NCBI GenBank assembly: GCA_947174325.1
Contig: CAMWIL010000001.1
Location: forward strand, 14,989-78,988
DNA length: 64,000 nucleotides
From: an uncultured Clostridia bacterium
Lineage (GTDB): Bacteria; Bacillota; Clostridia; Christensenellales; UBA3700
Reading direction: 5' to 3'
The notes below the pieces were generated by a model that saw only the letters and a list, made by a program, of their open reading frames with translations, searched no databases and was not told the origin of the DNA. Below, piece after piece: positions 27,156 through 36,461 of this stretch (its first letter is position 1; each line of letters opens with the position of its first letter). The position numbers and the translations under genes are program-made.

Positions 27156-29684
27156 TTATTTGTCAAACGTTCTTGCTATATAGTTGGCTATATTGACGGG
27201 ATTTAGGAATATTGCAAGCTTTGTAAGCCTGTCGCGCGTTGAGGAATATTTTCTAGGGACGTCGACAAGCGATCTAACGCTGAGCAGTTGACTTATGTCG
27301 TCTATCGTTTTTCCTTTCGGAATTTCAAATACTACCGTCTTTTTCTGCATAGGTATCATATCAAAATAATTGTCTGAAAGCATAGTAGAGAAGCCTTTCA
27401 AACGCAGTTCTACAAAGCGAGCGTAATTGTCTGCCGTTATCGTCACTTTTGCCGTATTACCTGCTTGTTCGACGGTATAGGAAAGTTTTGTCTTGGGCAA
27501 TCTCGCTTTGTTTTCGTTTGTGAGAGGAAGCGTCTCTTCGCTTATGATATTTCCGTTCATATCGTAAGCAATAGCAAATAGATAGCAGTCTTTCGCTTTA
27601 CGTTTTTTAAGCAACGTTTTGATGTCGAAAGAAACTACCTTTCCTACCGCGTCGTCGTTTATAGTCAAAGTGTTTGTCACCGAGTGCAGTATTTCGCCCG
27701 TATAAGCGCGTATGCCGCAAATTATTTTTGCCTTGTAAGGCGTTAGGTGATCGTTGATGAAGAATACGTCGGCTATTTTATCGTTGAGTTGAATGGATAA
27801 TGCTGTGTTTTGATTGAATCTGCGAGCCATATATTGCAACGCTTTCATATTGCCGTAGTAGTCCATACCTGACCACGAGTTGACTCCCCAACAGTCGTTG
27901 TATTGCCAATAGAGCGCGCCGTTGCATCTTCCTTTTTTGACTCGCCAGCCTTCGGTAGCGTTTTTCACGCAGATAGCTTGCGTAAGTTGGGAAAGATATA
28001 CGGTATCTTCAAAGCGTTTTGGCGTCCAGAATTTAGACAGCATATAGTATTTAATCTTTCCGTTTCCGCCTATACATTTTTGATGAGCTTTCGCAAGCGG
28101 CGCGTTTACGCTGTCGTAAGCGTGCCCGTCGGAGAATTTATCTATTGCGTTTAGCGAGGGAAGAGATTCGATACCGAATTCGCTGCAAAAACGCGTGTTC
28201 ATTTTACGGTAATGTTCGAGTTTTCTCAAGCCGTGCCAAACGTGCCACAAGTGAGTATCGCCTTTATCGGGCGAATTTATGTTTTTCATATACGTTCCGC
28301 TAGACGGAGTGCAAGCCCAATATGCGGTATTTTCGTCAAGCGAGGCGATGTGTTTTTTCAGCGTATCGTAGAAAAATTCACCGCAATATTTGATGACGTC
28401 TCGGCGGTTGAGCCATGCCATAGACATAGATTCTATCTCGTTGTTGCCCGCCCAAAGGCACAGACAAGCGCGGTTTTTAAGTCTCAAAACGTTGTCGCTT
28501 ATTTCGGCAAGTACTTCGTCGACGAATTCTTTATCGTTGAAAGGGTAGGGAGAACAAGCGAAATTGCAGTCTTGCCATACCAGCAGTCCCAGTCTGTCGC
28601 ATATGTCGTAAAATCTGTCGCTTTCATAATATCCGCCTCCCCATACTCTTATCATATTCATATTGCAAGCTTTTGCTTTGTAGAGAAGATCGTATAGTTT
28701 TTCATCCGAGACTCTGTTGATAAAACTGTCTGCCGGGATCCAGTTTGCGCCGCGCGCAAAGATACGTTTGCCGTTGATATAAAAGCAAAAATTTTTACCT
28801 ATTTTATCTTCTTGCGTATCAAGCACGATAGTTCTCAAACCTATTTTCTGCGATTTTTCGCAGACTAGGTTTCCGTTGGAGGAATATACGCTTATCTTCA
28901 AGTCGTATAGGTTTTGTTCGCCCATATTATTGCACCACCAAAGCGCGGGCTTTTCCACTGTCAATCGGGCTTTTGGCGCGCCTTGTGTTTTGCATATTTC
29001 TTTGCCGTTGAGACAGAGGGTATAAAGAGCGCTCAAATTCTCTTGCGAAGTAGAAAAATGCGTGTTCAGATCGAGAGTTACCTTCCCCTCGGCGTGAGTT
29101 TGGAGAATATCGACCCTAGTTATCTTGCATACGTTGTAACATTTTATCGAGCAGTTTCCGGAGATGCCGCAAGTAAGCATATGCGGTCCCCAATCCCAGC
29201 CGAAGTGGTAAGGACTTTTTCTTATATGACACGATCCCGCCTCGCCGAGCGTACTGTTTGGCAGACGGTTTTCTTTTTGTTTATTGGCTATGTAAAGAAG
29301 TGGGGAATAGAAACGAATTCGAATTGAGTTTTCTCCCTCTTTGAGTAGTTGTTTGACGTCGAAAGCGTAGTGACGGTTTATGTTTTTGACGCTTGCGACT
29401 TTTTTCTCGTTGACGTAAACGTCGGCTAGGGTATCAAGCATTTCAAAATCGAGTTCCATAAATTCAAAGTCTAACGCCGAGCTGTCTACTTCAAAGGTTC
29501 TGAAATAATCCCAATCAGCGCGACCTACCCACTGTACAAGACTTTCGTTGAGACCTATCAGAGGATCGGGAATGACGTTGTTCGCCAGAAGATCCGTCAT
29601 TACGTCGCCGGGTACTACGCCGTCGTATACCTTTTCCGTTCCGATCATTTTGAAATTCCATTTTCCGTTAAGTAAAATTTCCAT
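27156..29684 (-). CDS. GH2-family beta-mannosidase
   Basis: N-terminal NGKWNFK...VPGDVMTDLLANNVIPDP and the WAGNNE acid/base block, with a multi-domain GH2 length. I chose the start at the second Met (ATG 29684) because AGAGG lies 6 nt upstream. Confidence 0.8.
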   Translation of the reverse strand: MEILLNGKWNFKMIGTEKVYDGVVPGDVMTDLLANNVIPDPLIGLNESLVQWVGRADWDYFRTFEVDSSALDFEFMELDFEMLDTLADVYVNEKKVASVKNINRHYAFDVKQLLKEGENSIRIRFYSPLLYIANKQKENRLPNSTLGEAGSCHIRKSPYHFGWDWGPHMLTCGISGNCSIKCYNVCKITRVDILQTHAEGKVTLDLNTHFSTSQENLSALYTLCLNGKEICKTQGAPKARLTVEKPALWWCNNMGEQNLYDLKISVYSSNGNLVCEKSQKIGLRTIVLDTQEDKIGKNFCFYINGKRIFARGANWIPADSFINRVSDEKLYDLLYKAKACNMNMIRVWGGGYYESDRFYDICDRLGLLVWQDCNFACSPYPFNDKEFVDEVLAEISDNVLRLKNRACLCLWAGNNEIESMSMAWLNRRDVIKYCGEFFYDTLKKHIASLDENTAYWACTPSSGTYMKNINSPDKGDTHLWHVWHGLRKLEHYRKMNTRFCSEFGIESLPSLNAIDKFSDGHAYDSVNAPLAKAHQKCIGGNGKIKYYMLSKFWTPKRFEDTVYLSQLTQAICVKNATEGWRVKKGRCNGALYWQYNDCWGVNSWSGMDYYGNMKALQYMARRFNQNTALSIQLNDKIADVFFINDHLTPYKAKIICGIRAYTGEILHSVTNTLTINDDAVGKVVSFDIKTLLKKRKAKDCYLFAIAYDMNGNIISEETLPLTNENKARLPKTKLSYTVEQAGNTAKVTITADNYARFVELRLKGFSTMLSDNYFDMIPMQKKTVVFEIPKGKTIDDISQLLSVRSLVDVPRKYSSTRDRLTKLAIFLNPVNIANYIARTFDK

Positions 29685-29920
29685 AATACACCTCTGTAAT
29701 ATTTTACCATAACGCAAACGTATGAGTCAATATCAAAACTTCAAAGAGTAGCGTTTATGGCTTTTAAAGTCTGAATACGTAATTTTAATATTGATAAAGG
29801 CAATGAAAGGAAAAGCGTATAAATAATTTGTCATTAGATATAGTCTGTTTTCTTATCGCATAAATATTAGAGCGGTATTTGTAAAATATCTACGTCTGCT
29901 ATTCTTAAAAAAGAAAAACC

Positions 29921-29949
29921 TTGCCTTTTTACTTATATTATGATATACT
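29921..29949 (+). promoter_or_regulatory. sigma-A-like promoter with extended -10 for the MFS-MBL-kinase-UDG operon
   Basis: TTGCCT (29921-29926), 17-nt spacer, TGaTATACT (-10 at 29944-29949). Confidence 0.45.
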
Positions 29950-29991
29950 TACGATAAGTTATTATTTTGCGACTGTCAAAAAAGGGGAATT

Positions 29992-31515
29992 ATGAAAAAA
30001 GAAAGAGCAAATGACACTTTAAGACTTGACTACAAGAGGACTATCCTCGTAGGCTTTGCATTTTTCGGAATTATGTGTTTTTGGGAAGTGTACGACTACG
30101 TTATGCCTCTTATTCTCAACCGCCGTTTTGGATTGAACGAGTGGCAATACGGTCTGATAATGGGACTTGACAATTTGCTCGCGATTTTCCTATTGCCTTT
30201 ATTCGGCGGACTGTCGGACAAATCGGTCAACGCAAAAATGGGCAGAAGAACAAAATTTATCTTTTGGGGTTCGATAGCCGCGGCGGTATCGTTGATAATA
30301 ATGGCTCTTTTTGAGTTTTTCCAATTCCAAAGAATAATGGACGCGGGATATAATAATTACGAAACGCTTATCAAGTACAATTCCGAATTGCAAGATTTGA
30401 TAAATCAGCTTGCTATAACCGACGTAAGTTATGATAATCTTATGAGTTTGGGCAATACGGATATTACAGCTGCGATAAAGACTGCTCAAATTGCTATGGC
30501 AGGAGCGATAGCAAAAGACAACGCGTGGATACTCGTGATGTTTATAGTCGCGTTGCTTATGCTGTTGGTGTCTATGGCGTCTTACCGCTCGCCTGCGGTT
30601 TCGCTTATGCCTGACATTACGCCAAAGCCCTTGAGATCGCAAGCCAACGCTCTTATCACGTTTATGGGCGGAGCCGGAGGACTTGTCGCAATCATACTAT
30701 ACAAGATTTTTGCCAACAAACCTACGCAAAATTACTTTTGGCTGTTCTTCGTAACCGCAATAGTTCTTTTGATACTTCTTCTCGTGTATATGTTGACGGT
30801 CAAAGAGAAAAAATTCGTTCAGCTTCGTACGGAAGAGGAGGAAAAGTATAACGTAGTAGACGAAGAGGAGATAGAAGGCAACGAGAAATTGCCCAAAGCC
30901 AAAGTCGTATCTCTTTTCCTTATACTGTTGACAGTATTTTTGTGGTTTATGGGATACAACGCAGTTAAGTCGCATCTTTCGACGTACGCTACCGGACCGC
31001 TTGCATTTACGCAAGGTTACGTAGGCACGATATCTATTCTAAACGGCGCGGGCGGCGCGATCGCGCTTTTGCCGGTATCGCTTATGGCGAGCAAGTTGGG
31101 TAGAAAGAAAACTGTTATCATAGGCGTTATTATTGCGGCGTTGGCGTTTATACCTTGTTTCTTTATGACGGCAAAGACGCCCGGAGTAAAATATCTCTTC
31201 CCGCTGTGTTTCTTGCTTGCAGGCTTCGGTATGGTGTGCGTAAACGTAAACACGCTTCCTATGGTTACCGAACTTTCCAAAGGTAGCACGGTAGGAAAGT
31301 ATACCGGATATTATTACGCGTTCTCAATGTCGGCGCAAGCGATAACGCCTGCTTTCGCCGGAATATTTATGACGAATATCGCCCCCAACAGCATATTCAT
31401 ATACGCGTCGATATTTATAGGACTTGCGCTTGTTACGACCGCGTTTATAAAGCACGGCGACAACAAACCCGAAAAGAAGAAAAAAATACTTGAATATTTC
31501 TCGGACGAAGACTAA
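29992..31515 (+). CDS. MFS transporter (GPH/SLC45-like) with a long soluble insertion after TM3
   Basis: 12-TM-type profile. The GGLSDKSVNAKMGRRTKF loop resembles the GPH signature. SD AAGGGGA. Confidence 0.7.
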   Translation: MKKERANDTLRLDYKRTILVGFAFFGIMCFWEVYDYVMPLILNRRFGLNEWQYGLIMGLDNLLAIFLLPLFGGLSDKSVNAKMGRRTKFIFWGSIAAAVSLIIMALFEFFQFQRIMDAGYNNYETLIKYNSELQDLINQLAITDVSYDNLMSLGNTDITAAIKTAQIAMAGAIAKDNAWILVMFIVALLMLLVSMASYRSPAVSLMPDITPKPLRSQANALITFMGGAGGLVAIILYKIFANKPTQNYFWLFFVTAIVLLILLLVYMLTVKEKKFVQLRTEEEEKYNVVDEEEIEGNEKLPKAKVVSLFLILLTVFLWFMGYNAVKSHLSTYATGPLAFTQGYVGTISILNGAGGAIALLPVSLMASKLGRKKTVIIGVIIAALAFIPCFFMTAKTPGVKYLFPLCFLLAGFGMVCVNVNTLPMVTELSKGSTVGKYTGYYYAFSMSAQAITPAFAGIFMTNIAPNSIFIYASIFIGLALVTTAFIKHGDNKPEKKKKILEYFSDED

Positions 31516-31539
31516 GATCAGCGTCCACAAGGAGTAAAG

Positions 31540-32808
31540 ATGGCTTCAAAATCTGTCAAAGGCGGAAAATCAAAAGGTAGAACTAATTCCAAACGAAAAG
31601 CGGTTGCGAAATCTTCCGGTACTAAAAAACTTATTACGGTTTTGACTGTGATTTTGATAATATTGCTTATAATCGCAATAATATTTATCAGCGTAAAAGG
31701 GCTGTGGGGCGAGATAATCGACTACGTTAAGACGTTGATCAACGGAAATGACGAAACGCCCGACGACGTTACTCCGCCCAACGTAGATAAACCGTCTATA
31801 CCGGCGGGAACTGCAAAACTTGAAGGCGATATATTGGAAATGCGCGTGCTTGACATAGGTCAGGGCGATTGTATATTGTTGTTATTCCCAGACGGACAGA
31901 TAATGGTAATGGATATAGGTAGCGAGTTTGGTACGCCGTCGCCGTGGAACGTCATCAACGGAGCGTTGACCGATTTGGAAATTACCACGATCGACTATCT
32001 ATTCCTTTCTCATACCGACTATGACCACATAAGGGAAGCCAAAAAGCTTATTGACAATTACGAAATAAAAAATTTCTATTTCCCGAAAGGCGTAACCGGT
32101 ACGACTGATACTTGGAACAAAGCTTACGAAGCGGCTCAAAATGAGACTTACGTCGAAAACGGCGAAACCAAGAAAGCTGTCTATAACGAAAACGTAGGTA
32201 CTTATGAAATATCCGGAGAAAACTGGATAATGAAGTGCTACACCTATGATGAGGCGGATTATCCGACAAAGACGGACGCGACGTCTAAGAACGCAGTATC
32301 GCCTATTTGTCTTTTGGAATATGCTGACAAAACTATAGTGCTTACCGGCGATTCCAATTATACTAATGAGGAATACCTTTTAAACAAAAAGTATTTTGAC
32401 AACGTTGACGCAGACGTACTTAAAGTCGCGCATCACGGTTCGACAACTTCAACGTGCAAAGAATTCTTAAATCAAGTCGATTGCGAATACGCGATTATTT
32501 CTACAAATGGGGAGAGTTACGGACATCCGACTCCCGAATTGCTTGACAGACTTGATAAATACGTTGATTTAGTTCCTGACGACGATTACAACGGATTCGC
32601 TCAAGTATATCGTACTGACCAAGACGGCACGATTACCGTTCAGATCGACGAGAATGGCGTAATGAATATTATCGCCGACGAGAATGCAGAGAAGAATACT
32701 ACGACGGGTACGCCGTATGTGGAAGGAGAAGAGATAAACGAAGCGAGTGTAGTCGCATTCGCGTTCTTTAAACAAGACGAGTTTAGTTGGGAAGAGTTAG
32801 CAGCATAA
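31540..32808 (+). CDS. Membrane-anchored MBL-fold hydrolase, ComEC C-terminal-domain-like
   Basis: Lys-rich N-terminus plus one TM helix. MBL motifs are LDIGQGDCILL, SHTDYDHI and KVAHHGS. Confidence 0.75.
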   Translation: MASKSVKGGKSKGRTNSKRKAVAKSSGTKKLITVLTVILIILLIIAIIFISVKGLWGEIIDYVKTLINGNDETPDDVTPPNVDKPSIPAGTAKLEGDILEMRVLDIGQGDCILLLFPDGQIMVMDIGSEFGTPSPWNVINGALTDLEITTIDYLFLSHTDYDHIREAKKLIDNYEIKNFYFPKGVTGTTDTWNKAYEAAQNETYVENGETKKAVYNENVGTYEISGENWIMKCYTYDEADYPTKTDATSKNAVSPICLLEYADKTIVLTGDSNYTNEEYLLNKKYFDNVDADVLKVAHHGSTTSTCKEFLNQVDCEYAIISTNGESYGHPTPELLDRLDKYVDLVPDDDYNGFAQVYRTDQDGTITVQIDENGVMNIIADENAEKNTTTGTPYVEGEEINEASVVAFAFFKQDEFSWEELAA

Positions 32809-32830
32809 TAAATACAAAGAGGATAAAAGT

Positions 32831-33658
32831 ATGAAATTCGATATAGAATTGGTAGGAAAAGTAGGATCTATGGCGCTTGTAAACAAAGCGTGGGGAGATA
32901 TAGATTACAACGCTATTTCAAGAATCAGCAGAGAACTTCGCCCGGGATTTATATGGGTATCGAGCGGAGCGACGGAAATAGGCAGGATCGATTATATCAG
33001 ACGTAACGGCAGGGAAATCGAAGGCGATTACAATCTAGTCAAGATGGATTATGCTGCGCAAGGACAGACGATACTTATGAAGAATTACCGTCAATTTGTA
33101 GATCCCAAATACAGCGTAAGACAGATATTAGTAGAACATAGACATTTCAACGATCCTGCGAAGAAGGAAATTCTCAAAAGTCTTTTGTTGAGATGTCCAA
33201 AGCAGAACGCGATCCCTATCGTCAACTACAACGATCCGCTTTCGTCGGAGGAGATCGATAAGCTTGAATTGCAGGAATTGGCTAAAAACCGCAACGATAT
33301 AGTACATTGTATGGACAATGACGAAACGGCTTCGCAGATTGCTTGTTTGGTCAAGTGTAAGACGCTTTTGATCTACACGTCTACTTTGGGTATTTACGCC
33401 GATCCTAACGACGAGAGCACGCTTATACGCGAGATCAAGGGGAAGGATACTTATGAACTTCTCGATGCGGTTTCGCAAGCGCAAAATCTTTGCAAAGGAG
33501 CGTCGCGTGTGGGGGCAAACGGAGCAAACGCTAAGTTGGAATTTATCAAGTCTCCGCTTAAAAACGGAACGCAGGTATATATTGCAAATCCAAAATTCTC
33601 AATTTCCGAAGTGCTTAGCGGCAAAGCGCCTTGCACAAAGATATTCGTAGCGGATTGA
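32831..33658 (+). CDS. Amino-acid-kinase-fold protein, glutamate-5-kinase (ProB)-like, no PUA domain
   Basis: Colinear with ProB blocks (VGKVGSMALV, WVSSGATEIGR, AAQGQ, IPIVNYND, DNDETAS, GANGANAKL). It is divergent and carries an extra segment before DNDE. Confidence 0.55.
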   Translation: MKFDIELVGKVGSMALVNKAWGDIDYNAISRISRELRPGFIWVSSGATEIGRIDYIRRNGREIEGDYNLVKMDYAAQGQTILMKNYRQFVDPKYSVRQILVEHRHFNDPAKKEILKSLLLRCPKQNAIPIVNYNDPLSSEEIDKLELQELAKNRNDIVHCMDNDETASQIACLVKCKTLLIYTSTLGIYADPNDESTLIREIKGKDTYELLDAVSQAQNLCKGASRVGANGANAKLEFIKSPLKNGTQVYIANPKFSISEVLSGKAPCTKIFVAD

Positions 33659-33659
33659 T

Positions 33660-34121
33660 ATGATATATTCGTTTGAACCTATTTTTGACGAAAATAGCAA
33701 AGTGCTTATTCTAGGCAGTATGGCGTCCGTAAAGTCATTGGAAAAAGGATTTTATTATATGCACCCGCGCAATAGATTTTGGACTACTATAGCGCAGGTT
33801 GTAGGCGATCCCGTTCCCGAAAGTATCAAAGGAAAACGCGATTGGCTTTTGGCTCATAATATTGCGCTTATGGATATAATTCACTCTTGCAATCGCAACG
33901 GATCTTTGGATAGCGATATAAAAGACGTGATCCCAAACGATATCAAAAACGTATTGAAGACGGCAAAAATACAAGCGATTTATTGCAACGGAAGGAAATC
34001 CTACGAGATCGCAAATAAGACTTATCCCGACGTTGATTTCAACTATCTTCCATCTACTTCTCCTGCAAACGCGGGCGGTTGGGATATTGAAGAGTGGATG
34101 AAAATACGACGGTTTTTTTAA
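33660..34121 (+). CDS. UDG-superfamily protein, DNA-deoxyinosine (hypoxanthine) glycosylase-like
   Basis: 153 aa. The ILGSMASVKS...YYMHPRNRFW block is typical of the small HDG/family-6-like UDGs. The start lies 1 nt after the upstream stop. Confidence 0.6.
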   Translation: MIYSFEPIFDENSKVLILGSMASVKSLEKGFYYMHPRNRFWTTIAQVVGDPVPESIKGKRDWLLAHNIALMDIIHSCNRNGSLDSDIKDVIPNDIKNVLKTAKIQAIYCNGRKSYEIANKTYPDVDFNYLPSTSPANAGGWDIEEWMKIRRFF

Positions 34122-34147
34122 TTTGGAAATCGCATTATAAAATAATT

Positions 34148-34175
34148 CAACCGCCATTTTTATGGCGGTTGTTTT
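34148..34175 (+). terminator. Intrinsic terminator closing the four-gene operon
   Basis: caaccgccat / atggcggttg stem with a 4-nt loop, then TTTT. Confidence 0.7.
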
Positions 34176-34218
34176 AAGATATAAAGACAGTTGTGATTAT
34201 AGGTGTATTTGGAGAAAA

Positions 34219-35742
34219 TTAACGCGCGCCGTTGCTTAAACTATTTTTGTATGCGCGGACTACTTGTACGAATTCCTTCTTATATTCATCGCCGAATTCC
34301 ATAGACTGTAATCTTTCGATCACGTTGTCGATATTTGCTTCGGCTTTGTATTTGGAATTAAGAAGTATGAGAGCAAATTCAACTACGCTTGCTACAAATT
34401 CATCGTCTTGCGATGGCGCGTCAGTGTAGGTGTCTGACGTTATGGGCAGATCCAATTCTTTGGAAGGATCTTCCGCTGTTGCTTCTGGGTCTTTATATCT
34501 AATGTTGACGTTTGCGATATTCAGGCTTTGCGACAAATCTATTTCTTCGTTGAGCGTTATTTCAAAACACAGCGACAGAGTAAAGCCTGTTCCTATTTCT
34601 CCTGCGTCAGTCGTTTCGTCGTCATAGTCGTCGCTTGAGATTATATTATTTTCGTATCCGAGCAGTCTGAAATTTTTGACGGTATCGGTATTGAAAACGA
34701 TCTTTGCTTTTACGTCCTTTGCTATTGTGATTATCGTAGAAGCTAGGTCGTCGACAAGCAATTTTTTTGCGTCGTCCATATTGTGGATATATCCCCAATA
34801 TCCGTTGCCGCTTTTTGCAAGAGCTTCCATAGTGCTTCTGGAATATTCATAGCTGTTGCCAAGTCCAATGCAGGTAAGATACGTGCCGTCGTCGCGTTTT
34901 GCGGATATGAACTCTTTGAGTTGACCGTCGTCGCTTATACCTATATTAAAGTCGCCGTCAGTAGCTAGGATAACGCGATTGTTGCCGCCTTCTATAAAGT
35001 GCTTTTTCGCCACTTCATACGCGGTCTGTATTCCGCCTTCGCCGTTAGTCCCGCCGTTGGCTCTAAGATCGTTTATCTTGCGTTTTATTTCGTTTGCATT
35101 GCTTCCCATTGTCATTCCGTCTACAATAATCTTCGTATTGTTGCTGTAAGTAACAATGGAGATCACGTCGTTTTCATTGAGGTTTTCCACCATCTGTATC
35201 ATAGCATTTTTCATAAGATCTATTTTGGTAGCTCCGCTCATAGATCCAGATACGTCCAAAAGCAATACGATATTATTTTGTACGCTTTCGATTTCGACTT
35301 GTTTAGAGGTCAGTCCGATGCGAAGCAGCTTCTTTTCTTCGTTATACGGACAGTCGAACATAGACGCGTTGATAGCAAGCAATTCGTCGTCTTGCGGAGT
35401 GATATAGTCATATTTGAAGTAATTAAGCATTTGATCGATCTTGACGTGATCTGCCAAAAAATTGTTATAGTTTCCGTCCAAAATCATATTTTTGAGTTGC
35501 GTATATTCGGCGGTATGCGTATCTATTGAAAAATACAAATCGTTTTGTTCTGCCGTGTTTATCACAGGATTTTCCTTTATGCCCGTTTCATCGAAATCTG
35601 CGCCGCCGGAAATTAGCGGTGGCGGTATAGAATTGCCCGAATTATCATCATCCGGAGTTGACGCGCAAGCCGTAAAAGCGCAAAGCGTAATTGCCGCGAT
35701 CATTATCAATATTAGTGTGAAAACAACGTATTTTTTTCTCAT
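34219..35742 (-). CDS. VWA-domain lipoprotein (YfbK-like: vWA plus DUF3520-type C-terminus)
   Basis: Lipobox FTAC, LNYFKYDY N-terminal block and MIDAS motif DVSGSMSG. I chose the start at ATG 35742 because GGAGG lies 8 nt upstream. Confidence 0.75.
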   Translation of the reverse strand: MRKKYVVFTLILIMIAAITLCAFTACASTPDDDNSGNSIPPPLISGGADFDETGIKENPVINTAEQNDLYFSIDTHTAEYTQLKNMILDGNYNNFLADHVKIDQMLNYFKYDYITPQDDELLAINASMFDCPYNEEKKLLRIGLTSKQVEIESVQNNIVLLLDVSGSMSGATKIDLMKNAMIQMVENLNENDVISIVTYSNNTKIIVDGMTMGSNANEIKRKINDLRANGGTNGEGGIQTAYEVAKKHFIEGGNNRVILATDGDFNIGISDDGQLKEFISAKRDDGTYLTCIGLGNSYEYSRSTMEALAKSGNGYWGYIHNMDDAKKLLVDDLASTIITIAKDVKAKIVFNTDTVKNFRLLGYENNIISSDDYDDETTDAGEIGTGFTLSLCFEITLNEEIDLSQSLNIANVNIRYKDPEATAEDPSKELDLPITSDTYTDAPSQDDEFVASVVEFALILLNSKYKAEANIDNVIERLQSMEFGDEYKKEFVQVVRAYKNSLSNGAR

Positions 35743-35835
35743 AGCGTTTTCCTCCATTTTCGTATTTCGTCTAATACTACACCGATAAAAAGCTTTTGTA
35801 TCGGTTTATCAAAATTTTTTTTGTAAAACTCATCG

Positions 35836-35865
35836 TTGACAATAAAGCGGAATATATGATACTCT
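35836..35865 (+). promoter_or_regulatory. Promoter placed to give a leaderless or near-leaderless sigma-factor mRNA
   Basis: TTGACA (35836-35841), 18-nt spacer, TGaTACTCT (-10 at 35860-35865), then 6 nt to the ATG at 35872. There is no SD. Confidence 0.4.
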
Positions 35866-35871
35866 CAAAAT

Positions 35872-36405
35872 ATGAAAGTAGTGGACAAAGAGATTGACAG
35901 ACAAGTCGAAAAATGTATGATTGAAATCTGTCAAGGCAATACGGATAGTATTGCCGAACTTTTTGAACTCACTTACAAAGGACTTTATTGCGTAGCTTTT
36001 CGATATTGTCGACACGCAATGACTGCGGAAGATCTCGTGGCTGAGATATTCGCTAATATAAATTATATTGCCGCGCATTACAAGGCTGGACACAGCGCGT
36101 TTAATTATCTTTGCAAATCTGTCAAAAATAAATACTTGAATATGATTAGGGGCGAAAAGCGACGACCTACCGCTCCTCTTAATGAAAATATTCTTGCGAC
36201 AAGAGCTAGCATAGACGACAAAGTGACGTCTATTGCGTTGAGGGAAGGGCTGAAACTTCTCGATGACGAAGAATACGGCGTGCTATATTGCAAATTTTAT
36301 TTGGATATGACTTTCAGAGAAATAGCAAAGAACAAGGATAGATCTCTCGGAAGTATAGAGAGGACGTACAAGAGGGCAATAGGAAAATTGAAGGATTATT
36401 TGTAA
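35872..36405 (+). CDS. ECF-type sigma-70 family RNA polymerase sigma factor
   Basis: 177 aa. Region-2-like N-terminal half and region-4 HTH (MTFREIAKNKDRSLGSIERTYKRAIGKLK). Confidence 0.75.
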   Translation: MKVVDKEIDRQVEKCMIEICQGNTDSIAELFELTYKGLYCVAFRYCRHAMTAEDLVAEIFANINYIAAHYKAGHSAFNYLCKSVKNKYLNMIRGEKRRPTAPLNENILATRASIDDKVTSIALREGLKLLDDEEYGVLYCKFYLDMTFREIAKNKDRSLGSIERTYKRAIGKLKDYL

Positions 36406-36461
36406 CAAATACAAAACGGGCGATACAAAATAGAAAAGAGAGTGTATTTATATTAGAGGTA

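Noticed and set aside
29685-29717. An upstream extension (MRYGKILQRCI) of the beta-mannosidase ORF
   Set aside because: The second ATG (29684) has AGAGG at proper spacing and yields the conserved GH2 beta-mannosidase N-terminus. The extension has no RBS.
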